64,000 bases of DNA, from the NCBI RefSeq assembly GCF_044704955.1, contig NC_091987.1:159650001-159714000 (forward strand), given 5' to 3'. The translations under genes and the position numbers were made by a program. Shown here piece after piece: positions 1-13,700 of the stretch. The notes beneath the pieces were generated by a model that worked only from the letters and a program-made list of their open reading frames with translations, searched no databases and was not told the origin of the DNA. The stretch comes from Pristiophorus japonicus (lineage: Eukaryota). Numbering within the stretch: position 1 is the stretch's first letter; every line of letters starts with the position of its first letter.

Positions 1-808
1 ATTTGCTTTAACTTTGCACATTAATCTCTTGTGTCGGACCTTGTCGAAAGCCTTCTGAAAGTCCAAATATATCACATCAACTGGTTCTCACTTGTCCACT
101 TTACTGGAGACATCCTCAAAAAATTCCAGACGGTTATGTCAAGCATGATTTCCCTTTCACAACTCCATGCTGACTTGGACCTATCATGTTCCCATTTTCC
201 AAATGCACTGCTATGGCATCCATAATAATTGATTCCATCATTTTACCCACTACTGAGATCAACTGACCGGTCGATAATTCCCTGTTATCTCACTCCCTCC
301 ATTTTTTCAAATTGGGGTTACATTGGCTACCCTCCACTCGAAAGGAACTGATCCAGACTCAATGGAATGTTGGAAAATGACTGTCAATGCATCCGCTATT
401 TCCAAGGCCACCTCCTTAAGTACTCTGTGTTGCAGTCCATCAGGCCCTGGGGATTTATCGGCCTTCAATCCTATCAATTTTCCCAACACAATTTCCCGAC
501 TAATAAAGATTTCCTTCAGTTCCGCCTCCTTACTAAACCCTCTGACCCCTTTTATATCCGAAAGGTTGTTGGTGTCCTCTTTAGTGAATACCGAACCAAA
601 GTACTTGTTCAATTGGTCTGCCATTTCTTTGTTCCCTGTTAATACTTCGCCTGATTCTGACTGCACGGGACCTACGTTTGTCTTTACTAGCCTTTTTCTG
701 TTTACATACCTATCGAAACTTTTGCAATCCGCCTTAATGTTCCCTGCAAGCTTCTTCTCGTACTCCATTTTCCCTGCCCTAATCAAACGCTTTGTCCTCC
801 TCTGCTGA
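1..808 (-). mobile_element. CR1-clade LINE, family A, 5'-truncated and degraded; continues off the left edge of the window
   Basis: The minus-strand translation QQRRTKRLIRAGKMEYEKKLAGNIK...KADKSPGPDGL...WRVANVTP matches ORF2 of the copy at ~41194 onward. There is a premature stop at 307 and indels downstream. Homology ends at 808, where satellite begins. Confidence 0.93.
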
Positions 809-3800
809 CGTCGGGGCCGGGTTCGCTTCGGTTGAGGCCGGGTTCGGTTCAGATGGGACTGGGTGCGCTTCAGTTGCGGCCGGGTTCCGTTCGTTTGGAG
901 CCCGGATTCGGTTTGGTTGGGGCCAGTTTCTGTTTGGTTCAGTTGGTGCCGGGTTCGGTATAGTTGGCACTGGTTTCGGTTCGGCTGGGTCCGCGTTCGG
1001 TTCATTTTGGACCGGGTTCTGTTCGGTTCGGTTGCGGCTCGGTACAATTTGTGTGGGTCTGTGTTCAGATCGGTTGGGTCCGGGTTCTGTTTGTTTGATC
1101 CGGGTTCGGTTCGCGTTGGGCCGGGTTCTGTTCGTTTGGGGACTGGTTCAATTCCGTTGTGGCTGGGTTTGGTTCAGATGAGGCCGGGTTTGTTTGGAGC
1201 CGGGTTCGGTTCGTATCGAGCCAGTTTCGATTGTGGCCAGTTTCGGTACAATTCGGGCCGGGTTCGTTTGGGCCAGGTTTGTTTCGATTGGGGCCGACTT
1301 CGGTTCGGTTGCAGCCAGGTTCGATTGGGACCAGTTTCGGATCCGGCCCGGTTCGGTTTGGGCCGAGATCGGTTTGGGCCGGGTTCAGTTGGGGACGAGT
1401 TTGTTGCGAAAGGGTTCGGTTCGGTTCGCTTGGGGATGCATTCGGTTAATTCGGTTGGGGCCAGGTTCTGTTCGGTTGGGGCTAGATTTGTTTCCGTTGG
1501 TGCCGGGTTCGGTTGAGACTTGGTTCGGAACTGTTGGTTCCTGGTTCGGTTCAGTTTGGGACGGGTTAGGTTCGGTTGGGGCCGAGTTCAGTTGGAGAAG
1601 GATTTATTGGCGATGTGTTCGGCTCGATTCGGTTGGAGCCGTGTTCGATTCAGTTCGGTTGGCGCTGTGTTCCGTTCATTTTGTTGGGGCAAGTTTCGGG
1701 TCGGTTGTGGCTGGAATCGGTTCGGTTGGGGCCGGGTTCGGTTCTGTTGCGACCATGTTCGCTTCAGTTGGGTCCGGGTTCTGTTCGATTGCAGTCGTGT
1801 TCGCTATGGTCGGTGCCAGGTTCGGTTTAGTTCGGAATGTGCATGTTTCGGTCGGGGTGGGGATAGTTTTGGACCGGGTTCGCTTCGTTTGGGGCCGGGT
1901 TCTGTTCGTTTGGTGCTGGGTTCGATTCGGTTGGGGCCGGGTTCGGCTCGTTTGGGACCGGGTTCGGTTTGGTTGGAGCAGGGTTTTGTCGTTTGTGGGC
2001 AGGTTCGGTTCGTTTGGTGAGGGGCTCGGTTGGGGCCAGGTTCGATTCGGTTGGGGAGAGGTTCGGTTGCGGCTGTATTCGGTTCGTTTGTGGTCGGGTT
2101 CCGTTGGAAATGCGTTCCTTTAATTTGTGTTAGGGCAGGATTCGGTTCGTCTGGGGCCTGGTTCGGTTGAGGAGGGGCTCAGTTCACGTGGGTTGTGCCG
2201 ACTTCGATTCATTTGGGGCCCGGATCGGTTCGTTTGTGGACGGGTTCGATCAGGTTGGGGACGGATTCGTTTCGGTTGGGGCCTGGTTCGGTTTGTTTGG
2301 GGACGAGTTTGGTTTGTTTTGGGCCGCTTTCAGTTCGGTTGTGGCCGGTTTCGGAACGGTTGTGGCCGGTTTCGGTTCGGTTGTGACCGGGTTCGCTTCG
2401 GTTGGCGCCGGTTTCGCTTTGGTTGGGGCCGAGTTCGCTTCGGTTTGGGCCAGTTTCCTTTCGGTTCATTTGGGGCTTGGTTCAGTTCGTTTCGGTTGGC
2501 GCCCAGTTCGGTAAATTTGAGGCTCGGTTCGGTTCGGATCGGGCCGAATTCGGTTCGGTTTGGGCCGATTTCTGTTCGGATTGGTAGGGGCTGTGTTCAG
2601 TTTGGTTGCGTCCGTGTTCGGTTCGGTTGGGGCCGGATTCTGTCCGTTTGGAGACTAGTTCAGTTCCGTTGTGGCCGGGTTCGGTTCGGTTGAGTCCGGG
2701 TCAAGTTGGGTCCCGGTTCGGTACGTTCGGGCCAGGTTCAATTGGGGCCGGTTTCGGTTCAGTTCGGGCTATATTCGTTTGTGCCGTGTTTGTTCCGATT
2801 GGGGCCTGTTTCGATTTGGTTGCAGCCAAGTTCGATTGGGGCCAGTTTCGATTCCGACAGGGTTCGGTTTGGGACGAGTTCGGTTTGGGCAGTGTCCAGA
2901 TGGGGACGGGTTCGTTACAGAAGGGTTCGCTTCGGTTGGGGCTAGTTACAGTTCGGTTCGCTTGTGGATGGGTTTGGTTCATTAGGTTTGGGGCCAGGTT
3001 GGGTTTGGTTGTGGCTCGATTTTGTTCGCTTGGGGCCAGGTTCGGTTCGGTTGGGGCCGTGTTTGGTTCGTTTGGGGGCAGGTTCGGTACAGTTGGGGAG
3101 TGGTTCGGTTGGGGCCAGGTTCGGTTCGGTTGGGGAGAGATTCGGTTGCGTCTGTTTTCGGTTCGGTTACGGCAGGGTTAGGTTGGAATTGGTTTTCTTT
3201 CAGTTGGGTTAGGGCAGGGTTCGGTTCGGTTGGGGCCTGGTTCGGTTGGGACCGGTTTCGCTTCGTTTGGGGCAGAGTTCGGTTCGGTTGCGTCCAGTTT
3301 CTGTTCAGTTCGGTTGGGGCCGCGTTCGGTTTGGTCGGCCGGCTTTGCTTCGGTTGGGGCCAGTTTCAGCTCGGCTCCGTTGGGGCTGGGTTCGGTTCGG
3401 TTCGGTTGGGGCCGAGTTCGTTAAATTTGTGGCTGATTCGGTTCGGTTGGGGCTGGGTTCGGTAGCGGACGTGTTGTGTTCAGTTGGGTTGGGGCCAGGT
3501 TCGGTTTGGTGTGGGCCATGTTCGGTTCTGCTGGTTCTGGGTTCGGTTCGGTTGGGGATGATTTCTGTTTGGTTGGGGCTGTTGCAGTTTGGTAGGGGCC
3601 GGTTTCGATTCGGTTGGGGCTTGGTTCGGTTCGATTTGGACTGGGTTCGTTTCGGTTGGGGCCGGGTTCTGTTCGGTTGGGGCCGGGTTCGGTCCGGTTG
3701 GGGCCGTGTTCTGTTGGGTTGGGACCAGATTCTGTTCGTTTGGGGCCAGGATCGGTTTGGTTGGAGACGGGTACGGTTTGGTTGTGGCCAGATTCGGTTC

Positions 3801-6800
3801 GGTTGGTGCCGGATTCCTTTAGTTCGGGACGGTTTCGATTCGATTTGGTTGGTTGCCGGGTTATTTTCGGGACGTTTCGGTTGGGGCAGGGTTTGGGTTG
3901 GTTCAGTTGCAGCCTGTTTCAGTTCGGTTCTAACTGGGTTCGGTTCGGTTGAGGCCAGATTCTGTTCGGTTGCGAGCTGGTTTGGTGCGGTTGGGGCCGG
4001 GTTTGGTTCGGTTGGTGCCGGCTTCGGTTCAGTTGCGCCTGGTTCGGTTTTAACCGGGTTCGGTTCAGTTGGATCCAGGAGCGGGTCAGTTCGGGCCGAG
4101 TTCGGTTCGTTTGGGGCCGGGTTTGTTTTAGTTGAGGCTGTATTCAGTTCCGTTCGGTTGGAGCCGTTTTTACTTCTGTTCTGGCCAGGTACGGTTCGGT
4201 TAATTCCGGGATCCCTTCGGTTTGGGCTGGGTTCGGTTTGGTTGGGGCCAATTTCGATTGGGTCCGGGATCGGTTTTGTACAGGCCGCTATTCGATTCGC
4301 TTTGGGCTGGGTACGTTTGGGCCGGGTTCGTTTCGATTTGGGCCGGGTTCGGTTCGATTGGAGCAATGTTCGATTAGAGCTGGTTTCGGTATGGGCCAGG
4401 TTCAGTTTGGGCTGGATTCAGTTCGGTTGGGGCATGGTTCGATTCAGTTCGGTACAAGTTCGGTTCGGAACGGTTCGTTCGGTTGTGGCCGGCTTCTGTT
4501 GGGGTCGGTTTCAGTTTGTTTTGGTTCGATTGGGGCTGGGATCGGTTGGTGCCGGATTCGGTTCAGTTCGCTAGGGTCCGGGTTCGGATCAGAAGGGGCC
4601 GGATGCAATTCGGTAGGGGAACTGTTCGATTAGGTAGGGGCCGGGTTTGCTTCGGTTGGGGCTGGGTTCGGTTCGGTTGGGGCCGGGTTCGGTTTCGTTC
4701 GGGATGGGTTCGATTCGATTTGATTGGTTTTCGGGTTCGGTTATGGCCGGTTCTGTCTGTGGCCGGGTTTGGTTCGGTTCGGTTGCAAAATGTTTCAGTT
4801 CTGTTCTAACCAGTTTCATTTAGGTTGTGTCCAATTTCGGTTCGGTTCGGTTGGGGCCGGGTTCGGTTTAGTTCAGAACTGGTTCGATTCTATTTGATTG
4901 GTTTTCGGGTTCGGTTAGGGCCGGTTTTGGCTGTGGCCGGGTTTGATTCGGTGCGTTTGTAACCTGTTTCAGTTCGGTTCTAACCAAGTTCGGTTAGGTT
5001 GTGGCCAATTATGATTCGGTTGGGACCTGGTTCGGTTCGTTTGGGGCCGTGTTTGGTTCGGTTGGGTAAGGGTTCGGTTCGTTTGGGGCTGGTTAATTTC
5101 GGTTGGGGCCCGGTTCAGTTCGGTTGAGGCCCGGTTATGTTCGGATGGGTCCGGGTCCGGTTTCGTTTGTGGTTGGTGACGTGATCGGTTTGGTTGTGGC
5201 CGGATTCGGTTCGATTGGGGATGGGTTTCCTCCATTCGGTTAGTGCCGGGTTCGGTTTGTTTGGGGAAGAGTTTGGTTTGTTTAGGGCCGCTTTCGATTC
5301 GGTTGTGGCCGGGTTCGGTTCGGTTGTGGCCAGTTTCTTGTCAGTTTTGTTGGGGCTTGGTTCGGTTCGGTTGGGGCCCAGTTGGGTAAATTTGGGGCTC
5401 TGTTCGTTTCGGATGGGACCGTGTTCTGTTCGGATTGGGCCGGGTTCTGTTCGGTTTGGTTTGGGCTTGGTTCAGTTTGGTTGCGTCAGTGTTCGGTTCG
5501 GTTGGAGCCGGATTCAGTTCATTTGGGGACTGGTTAAATTCCGTTGTGGCCGGATTCGGTTCGATTGAGTCCGGATTCAGTTGGGGCCCGGTTCGGTACG
5601 TATGGGGCCAGGTTCGATTGGGACCAGTTTCGGTTTGGGCCGAGTTCTGTTGGTGCAGGTTTCAGTTGTGGACGGGTTCGGTACGGAAGGGTTCGCTTTG
5701 GTTGGGGTTAGGTTCGGTTCGGTTCGCTTGGGGATGGGTTTCCTTCATTCGGTTGTGGCCAGGTATGGTTTGGTTGAAGCTGGATTTGGTTCGCTTGTGG
5801 CCGGGTTCGGTTGGGACTTGGTTCAGCACGGTTGGTGCCAGGTTTGTTTCATTTTGGGCCGGGTTCGGTTCGGTTGGGGTCGCGTTTGGTTCGTTTGGTG
5901 GCAGGTTCGTTTCGTTTGGGGAGTGGTTCAGTTGGGGCCAGGTTCGGTTCGGTTGCGTCTGTTTTCGGTCCGGTTACGGCCGTGTTTGGTTGGGACTGGT
6001 TTTGTTTCAGTTGAGTTACGGCAGGGTTCGGTTCGGTTCGGGCCTGGTTCGGTGGGGACGGGTACGGATCATTTGTGTTGGGGCCGAGTTCGATTCAGTT
6101 GGGTCCCTGATCGAATCGGTTGGGGCAGAGATCGATTATGTTGGGGCCGGGTTCGGTTCGGTTGGGGGCGGGTGCGGTTTGTTTCGGGACGAGTTCGGTT
6201 TGTTTGGGGCAGCTTTCGGTTCTGTTGTGACCGCCTTAGCTTCGGTTTTGGCGGGGTTCGGTTCGGTTGGGACAGGGTTCGCTTCGGTTGGCGCCGGGAT
6301 CGCTTCGGTTGGGGCCGAGTTCGGTTCGGTTGCGTCCAGTTTCCGTTCAGTTCGGTTGGGGCTGCGTTCGGTTTAGTCGGGGCCGGCTTCGCTTCAGTTG
6401 GGGCCAGTTTCAGATGGACTCATTTGGGGCTGGGTTCGGTTCGGTTCGGGTGGGGCCGAGTTCGTTACATTTGTGGCCGGATTCGGTTCGGTTGGGGCTG
6501 GGTTCGGTTGCGGACGTGTACTGTTCAGTTAGGTTGGGGCTGGGTTCGGTTTGGTGTGGGCCATGTTCGGTTCGGCTGGTTCTGGGTTCGGTTCGGTTGG
6601 GGATGATTTATTTTTGCTTGGGGCCTGTTGCAGTTTGGTAGTGGCCGGTTTCGATTCGGTTGGATCCTGGTTCGGTTCGATTTGGGCTAGGTTCGTTTCG
6701 GTTGGGGCCAGGTTCGTTTCGGTTGGGGCCGTGTTAGGTTGGGGACAGTTTCGGTTCAGTTGGGTTAGGGCCGGGTTCTGTTCGTTGGAGGCCGTGTTCG

Positions 6801-9007
6801 GTCCGGTTGGGTCTGGGTTCGGTTTGGTTGGGGACGGATGCAGTTTGGCCTGGCCCTGTTTCGGTTCCGTTGGAGCCGTGTTCGATTCGGTTGGGGCCGG
6901 GTCCAGTTGGGTTGGGGCCGGGTTCGGTTCGGTTGTGGCCGGCTTCGGTTCGGTTGGGCGCGATTCGCTTTGGTTGGTGCCGGGTTCGTATTGGTTGGGG
7001 ACTGTTTCGGTTGGGGCAGGCGTCGGTTCGTTTGGGGCCAGGTTTGGTTCGGTTGGGGCCGGCTTTGCTTCGGTTGGGGTCAGTTTCTGATCGGTTCAAT
7101 TGGGGCTTGGTTTGGCTCGTTTTTTGGGGGCCTGATTCGGTAAATTGGGGGCTTGGTTCGGTTCGCTTGCGGCCAGCTACTGTTGGCACCGGGTTCGGAT
7201 CTGGCCGGGTTCGGTTCAGTTGCGGCCGGGTTTGAATTGGTTGGGGCTTGTTCGGTTCAGTTCTGGACGTGTTCAATTCGATTGGTTGGGTTGAGGCCGG
7301 TTTGCGTTGGGTAAAATTTCGCTCCGGAATTTTTGGGGCCGGGTTCGTTTGGGGCCGGGTTCGATTCAGTTGATGATGGTTTCGTTTCGTTTGGGTTGAG
7401 GCCGGGTTCGGTTCGGTTGGTGTCGGGTTCGGTTGGGGCCAAGTTATGTTGAGGCTTGGTTCAGTTGTGGATGCGTTCCTTGCAGACAGGTTTGGTTCGG
7501 TTGGGTCCAGGTTGGGTTTGTTTAGGTTGGGACTGGGTTCGGTTGGGGCTAGGTTCGGGTTGGTTGGAGCTGGGTTTGTTTCAGTTGGTGTCGGGTTCGG
7601 TTGAGGCTGGGTTCGGCACGGTTGATCCCAGGTTCTGTTCAGTTCCGGACGGGTTCGGTTTCGTTGGGGTCGGGTTCAGTTCGGGACGGATTCGTTGGCG
7701 ACGGGTTAGATTCGGTTCGGTTGGGGCTGTGTTCGGTTCAGTTCGGTTGCCGCTGGGTTCGGTTCGTTCTGTTGGGGCCAGGTTCGCTTCGGTTCTTGCT
7801 GGATTTGGTCCGGTTGTGGCCGGGTTCGCTTAGGTCTTGGTTCGGTATGTTTTCTGCCAGGTTCGATTCAGTTTGGAAAGAGATCGATTCGGTTGGATCC
7901 GGCTTCGGTTTGGATGCGGCCGTGTTTGGTTGGGGCCAGGTTCGGTTCAGTTGGGGCCGGGTTCGGTTCAGTTGCGAGCATGCTCGCTTCGATTGAGGTC
8001 GGGTCTGGTTTGTTGGGGCCGAGTTCGGTTTGTTTGGGCCGCTTTCGGTTCGGTTGCGGCTGGGTTCGGTTCGGTGCGGTTGGGGCCGGGTTCGTTAGAT
8101 TTGTGGCCGGATTCGGTTTGGTGTGGGCCATGTTCGATTTGGCTGTTCTGGGTTCGGTTCGTTTGGGGACGATTTCTGTTTGGTTGGGGCCTGTTGCAGT
8201 TTGGTTGGGGCGGTTTCGATTCGGTTGGGGCCTGGGCGATTCTGTTTGGGCTGGGTTCGGTTCGGTTGGGGCCAGGTTCTTTTGGGTTGGGACCGGGTTC
8301 GGTTGGGGATAAGTTCCTTTCAGTTGGGTTGGAGCCGGGTTCTGTTCGGTGGAGGCCATGTTCGGTTCGGTTGGGCCTGGGTTTGGTTTGGTTGGGGACG
8401 ATTTCTGTTTAGTTGGGGCCAGTTGCCGTTTGGTCTGGGCCGGGTTCGGTTCGGTTGTGGTCGGCTTCGATTCGGTTGGCGCCCGATTCGCTTCGGTTGG
8501 GGCCGGCTTCGTATTGGTTGTGGAATGGTTCGGTTGTGGCCGGCATTGGTTCGGTTGGGGCCAGGTTTGTTTCGTTTGGGGTTGGCTTCGATTCGGTTGG
8601 GGCCAGTTTCAGTTCGGTTCAGTTGGGGCTTGGTTCGGTACGGTTCGGTTGGAGCTCGGTTCGATAAATTTGGGGCTGGGTTCGGTTCGCTTACGGTCAG
8701 TTTTTGTTGGCACCGGGTTCGGATCTGGCCGGGTTCGGTTCAGTTGCGGCCGGGTTTGAATCGGTTGCAGGCAGTTTGGTTGAGTTCGGGATGGGTTCAA
8801 TTCGGTTGGTTGGGTTGGGGCCGGTTTCTGTTCGGTTGGGGCCCGCTTCGGTTGGGGCCAAGTTATGTTGGGTTTTGGTTCATTTGGGGACGGATTCATT
8901 GCGGACGGGTTTGGATCGGTTGGCCCAGGTTCTGTTCGGTTCGCTTCGGGCTGGGTTAAATTCAGGTGGATGCGGGTTCGGTTGAGGCTGGCTTCGGTAC
9001 GATTGGT
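809..9007 (+). repeat. Degenerate G/T-rich satellite, pentamer-based (GGTTC)n with ~21-bp monomer GGGCCGGGTTCGGTTCGGTTG
   Basis: Continuous recurrence of ggttcggttggggccgggttc and 16/21/26-bp length variants; A is scarce on the + strand. Confidence 0.95.
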
Positions 9008-10766
9008 AGAAATGGCGGACCAATTGAACAAGTACTTTGGTTCGGTATTCACTGAGGAGGACACAAACAACCTTCCGGATATAAAAGGGGTCGGAGGGTC
9101 GAGTAAGGAGGAGGAACTGAGGGAAATCCTTATTAGTCGGGAAATTGTGTTGGGGAAATTGATGGGATTGAAGACCGATAAATCCCCAGGGTCTGATGGA
9201 CTGCATCCCCGAGTACTTAAGGAGGTGGCCTTGGAAATAGTGGATGCATTGAAAGTCATTTTCCAACATTCCATTGACTCTGGATCAGTTCCTATGGAGT
9301 GGAGGGTAGCCAATGTAACCCCACTTTTTAAAAAAGGAGGGAGAGAGAAAACAGGGAATTACAGACCGGTCAGCCTGACATCGGTAGTGGGTAAAATGAT
9401 GGAATCAATTATTAAGGATGTCATCGCAGTGCATTTGGAAAGAGGTAATATGATAGGTCCAAGTCAGCATGGATTTGTGAAAGGGAAATCATGCTTGACA
9501 AATCTTCTGGAATTTTTTGAGGATGTTTCCAGTAGAGTGGACAAGGGAGAGCCAGTTGATGTGGTATATTTGGACTTTCAGAAGGCTTTCGACAAGGTCC
9601 CACACAAGAGATTAATGTGCAAAGTTGAAGCACATGGGATTGGGGGTAGTGTGCTGACATGGATTGAGAACTGGTTGTCAGACAGGAAGCAAAGAGTAGG
9701 AGTAAATGGGGACTTTTCAGAATGGCAGGCAGTGACTAGTGGGGTAGCGCAAGGTTCTGTGCTGGGGCCCCAGCTGTTTACACTGTACATTAATTATTTA
9801 GACGAGGGGATTAAATGTAGTATCTCCAAATTTGCGGATGACACTAAGTTGGGTGGCAGTGTGAGCTGCAAGGAGGATTCTATGAGGCTGCAGAGCGACT
9901 TGGATAGGTTAGGTGAGTGGGCAAATGCATGGCAGATGAAGTATAATGTGGATAAATGTGAGGTTATCCACTTTGGTGGTAAAAACAGAGAGACAGACTA
10001 TTATCTGAATGGTGACAGATTAGGAAAAGGGCAGGTGCAAAGAGACCTGGGTGTCATGGTACATCAGTCATTGAAGGTTGGCATGCAGGTACAGCAGGCG
10101 GTTAAGAAAGCAAATGGCATGTTGGCCTTCATAGCGAGGAGATTTGAGTACAAGGGCAGGGAGGTGTTGCTACAATTGTACAGGGCCTTGGTGAGGCCAC
10201 ACCTGGAGTATTGTGTACAGTTTTGGTCTCCTAACCTGAGGAAGGACATTCTTGCTATTGAGGGAGTGCAGCGAAGGTTCACCAGACTGATTCCCGGGAT
10301 GGCGGGACTGACCTATCAAGAAAGATTGGATCAACTGGGCTTGTATTCACTGGAGTTCAGAAGAATGAGAGGCGACCTCATAGAAACGTTTAAAATTCTG
10401 ACGGGGTTAGACAGGTTAGATGCAGGAAGAATGTTCCCAATGTTGGGGAAGTCCAGAACCAGGGGACACAGTCTAAGGATAAGGGGGAAGCCATTTAGGA
10501 CCGAGATGAGGAGGAATTTCTTCACCCAGAGAGTGGTGAACCTGTGGAATTCTCTACCACAGAAAGTTGTTGAGGCCAATTCACTAAATATATTCAAAAA
10601 GGAGTTAGATGAAGTCCTTACTACTAGGGGAATCAAGGGGTATGGTGAGAAAGCAGGAATGGGGTACTGAAGTTGCATGTTCAGCCATGAACTCATTGAA
10701 TGGCGGTGCGGGCTAGAAGGGCCGAATGGCCTACTCCTGCACCTATTTTCTATGTTTCTATGTTTC
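9008..10766 (+). mobile_element. CR1-clade LINE, family A, 5'-truncated (RT domain + 3'UTR + (TTCTATGT)n tail), probable 5-bp TSD TTGGT
   Basis: RT motifs YRPVSLTS, QHGF, YLDFQKAFD, GVAQGSVLGP, FADD and the CR1 C-terminus RRNFFTQRVVNLWNSLP. Tail ttttctatgtttctatgtttc. TTGGT at 9003-9007 and 10768-10772. The equivalent empty satellite site is visible at ~7601-7680. Confidence 0.97.
9012..10670 (+). CDS. Uninterrupted CR1 ORF2 C-terminal frame (reverse transcriptase, no endonuclease), 552 aa from the internal ATG; expression unknown
   Basis: Part of ORF 8865-10670; residue 50 (MADQLNK) is the first ATG inside the LINE; no stops or frameshifts; FADD retained. Confidence 0.6.
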   Translation: MADQLNKYFGSVFTEEDTNNLPDIKGVGGSSKEEELREILISREIVLGKLMGLKTDKSPGSDGLHPRVLKEVALEIVDALKVIFQHSIDSGSVPMEWRVANVTPLFKKGGREKTGNYRPVSLTSVVGKMMESIIKDVIAVHLERGNMIGPSQHGFVKGKSCLTNLLEFFEDVSSRVDKGEPVDVVYLDFQKAFDKVPHKRLMCKVEAHGIGGSVLTWIENWLSDRKQRVGVNGDFSEWQAVTSGVAQGSVLGPQLFTLYINYLDEGIKCSISKFADDTKLGGSVSCKEDSMRLQSDLDRLGEWANAWQMKYNVDKCEVIHFGGKNRETDYYLNGDRLGKGQVQRDLGVMVHQSLKVGMQVQQAVKKANGMLAFIARRFEYKGREVLLQLYRALVRPHLEYCVQFWSPNLRKDILAIEGVQRRFTRLIPGMAGLTYQERLDQLGLYSLEFRRMRGDLIETFKILTGLDRLDAGRMFPMLGKSRTRGHSLRIRGKPFRTEMRRNFFTQRVVNLWNSLPQKVVEANSLNIFKKELDEVLTTRGIKGYGEKAGMGY

Positions 10767-13700
10767 CTTGGTCCCAGGTTCGGTTCAGTTCCGGACGGGT
10801 TCGGTTTCGTTGGGTCCGGGTTCAGTTGGGGACGGATTCACTTCTGGACGGTTCGATTCGCTTCGGTTCGGGCCGTGTTCGGATCAGTGAGGTTGCCGCT
10901 GGGTTCGGTTCGTTATCTTGGGGCCAGGCTCGGTTGAGTTCTTGCTGGATTTGGTTCGGTTGCGGCCGGGTTCGGTTTATTCTTGGTTCGTTACGTTTGT
11001 TGCCAGATTCGATTCATTTTGGAAAGGGTTCGATTCGGTAGGATCCGGCTTCGGTTTGGTTTCGGCGGTGTTTGGATGGGGCAGGTTCGGTTCAGTTGGG
11101 GCCGTGTTCGGTTCAGTTGCGGCCATGTTCGCTTCGGTTGGGGTCGGGTCCGGTTAGGGTGGGGATGAGTTTGGTTTGGTTGGGGCCGCTTTCGGTTCGG
11201 TTGTGGCCGGGTTTGGTTCGGTTGGGGCCGCTTTCGGTACGGTTGTGCCCGGGTTCGGTTTGGTTGGAACCAGGTCCGGTTCAGTTTGGGCCGGGTTCGG
11301 TTCAGTTGGGATTGGGTGCGCTTCAGTTGGGGCCGAGATCGGTTCGGTGGGGGAGAGATCGGTTCGGTTGGAGCAGGTTTCAGTTTCGTAGAGGCCGGTT
11401 TCGGTTTCGTAGGGGCCCGATTCGCTTCGGTTGGGGCCAGGTTTGGTCCGGTTTGAGCCAGCTTCGCTTCGGTTGGGGCCAGTTTCTGTTCGTTTCAGTT
11501 GGGGCTTGGTACGGTTCGGTTCGGTTTGGGCCCAATTCGGAATATTTGGGGCTGGGTTCGGTTCGGATGGGACCGCGTTCGGTTCGGATTGGGCGGGTTG
11601 TGTTCGGTTCGGTTGGTGCTGGGTTCAGTTTGGTTGGGTCCGTGTTCGAACCGGTTGGGGCCATGTTATGTTCGGTTGGTTCCGTGTTCGGTTCGGTTGG
11701 GGCCGCATTCTGTTCGTTTGGGGACTGGTTCAGTTCAGTTCTGGGCGGGTTCAGTTCTGTTGAGTCCGGGTTTGGTTGGGACCCGGTTCGGTACGTTTGG
11801 GGCCAGGTTCGATTGGGGCGGCTTCAGTTCAGTTCGGGCCGGGTTGGTTTGTGCCGTGTTTGTTTCGATTGGGGCCGGGTCGGTTAGCTTGCAGCCTGGT
11901 TCGATTGGGGCCAGTTTCTGTTCCAACCGGGTTCGATTTTGGCCGAGTAAGGTTGGGGCCGGGTTCAGTTGGGGTCGGGTTCGTTGCAGAAGGGTTCGGT
12001 TCGGTTGGGGCTGGGTTTGTTTCAGTTCGCTTTGGGATGGGTTCAGTTCCTTCGGTTGGGGCCAGGTTCGGTTCGGATGGGGCTGGATTTGGTTCGGTTG
12101 GGGCCGGGTTCGGTTGGGACTTGGTTCGCTGTGGTTGGTGCCTTGTTCGGTTCAGTGTGGGACGGGTTCGGATCTTTTGGATCTGGCTTCGGTTTGGTTG
12201 CTACCGTGTTTGTTTGGGGCCGGGTTCGGTTCAGTTGCCGTCGGGTTCAGTTCTGTTGTGACGATGTTTGCTTCGGTTGGGGCCGAATTCTGTTCGATTC
12301 GGGTCGTGTTCGGTCGGGTTGGTGCCAGGTTCGGTTTCGTTCGGGACGGGTTTGTTTCGGTCGAGGAGTGCATAGTTTGGGGCCGGATTTGCTTCGTTTG
12401 AGGCCGGGTTCTGTTCGTTTGGGGCCGGGTTCGGTTCGGTAAGGGCGGGTTCGGTTTGGTTGGGGACGTGTTCATTTCGGTTGGGGCCGGGTTTGATTCG
12501 TTTGGCGGCTGTTTCTCTTCGGTTGGGGAGGTGTTTATTTGTGGTCAATTCGGTTGCGTTGGGGAGAAGTTCGGTTGCGCCTGTGTTCCTTTCGGTTGGG
12601 GCCGGGTTCGGTTGGGACTGGGTTCGTTTCAGTTGGGTTAGGGCCGGGTTCGGTTCGGTTGGGGCCGGTTTCGGTTCGGCTGGGTCCAGTTTCTGTTGAG
12701 GTCGGTTGGAGCCGGGTTTGTATTGGGCCGGGCCGCCTTCGCTTCGGTTGGGGCTAGTTTCAGCTCCGCTCAGTTGGGGCTGGGTGCTGTGTGGTTCAGT
12801 TGGTGCCGGGTTCGTTACATTTGGGGCTGGGCTAGGATTGGGTGGTGCAATATTCGGTTGGGGCAGGTTTCGGTTAAGTTGGGGCCGGGTTCGGTTCGGT
12901 TGGTGCCGGATTCGGTTGGGGTCGGGTGCTGTTCAGTTGGCTTGGCGCGGGGTTCGGTTCGGTTGGGGGCCGTGTTCAGTTCTGTTGGTTCTGGGTTCTG
13001 TTTGGTTGGGGACGATTTATGTTTGTTTGTGGCCGGTTGCAGTTTGTTAGGGTCCGGTTTCGATTTGGTTTGGGCCGGGTTCGCTTCGTTTCAGGCCGTG
13101 TCCGATTCAGTTGTGGCCTGGTTCGGTTCAGTATTGGTCGGGTTCGGTTCAGTTGGGGCCCGATTCGCTACGGTTGGGGCCAGGTTCGTATCGGTTGGGG
13201 AGGGTTTTGGTTGGGACCGCCGTCGGTTAGGTTGGGGCCTGGTTTGGTTCGGTTGGCTCCAGCTTCGCTTCGGTTGGGGCCAGTTTCTGTTAGCTTCAGT
13301 TGGTGCTTGGTTCGGTTCGGTTCAGTTGGGGCCAAATTCGGTTAATTTGGGGCTGGATTCGGTTCGGTTGCGGCCAGTTTAAGTTGGGACAAGGTTCGGA
13401 TCTGGCCGCTTTCGGTTCGGTTGCGGCTGGGTTCGGTTCGGTGCGGTTGGGACCTGGTTCGTTAGATTTGTGGCCGGATTCGGTTTGGTGTGGGCCATGT
13501 TCGATTTGGCTGTTCTGGGTTCGGTTCGTTTGGGGACGATTTCTGTTTGGTTGGGTCCTGTTGCAGTTTGGTTGGGGCGGTTTCGATTCGGTTGGGGCCT
13601 GGTCGATTCTGTTTGGGCTGGGTTCGGTTCGGTTGGGGCCAGGTTTTTTTGGGTTGGGACCGGGTTCGGTTGGGGACAAGTTCCTTTCAGTTGGGTTGGA

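Noticed and set aside
307-1047. 246-aa chimeric satellite-LINE ORF
   Set aside because: Chance read-through from satellite into a degraded LINE; it stops before the RT core.
809-9007. CpG island, promoter or rDNA spacer
   Set aside because: The CpG density comes from the satellite monomer; no adjacent gene or rRNA-like sequence was seen.
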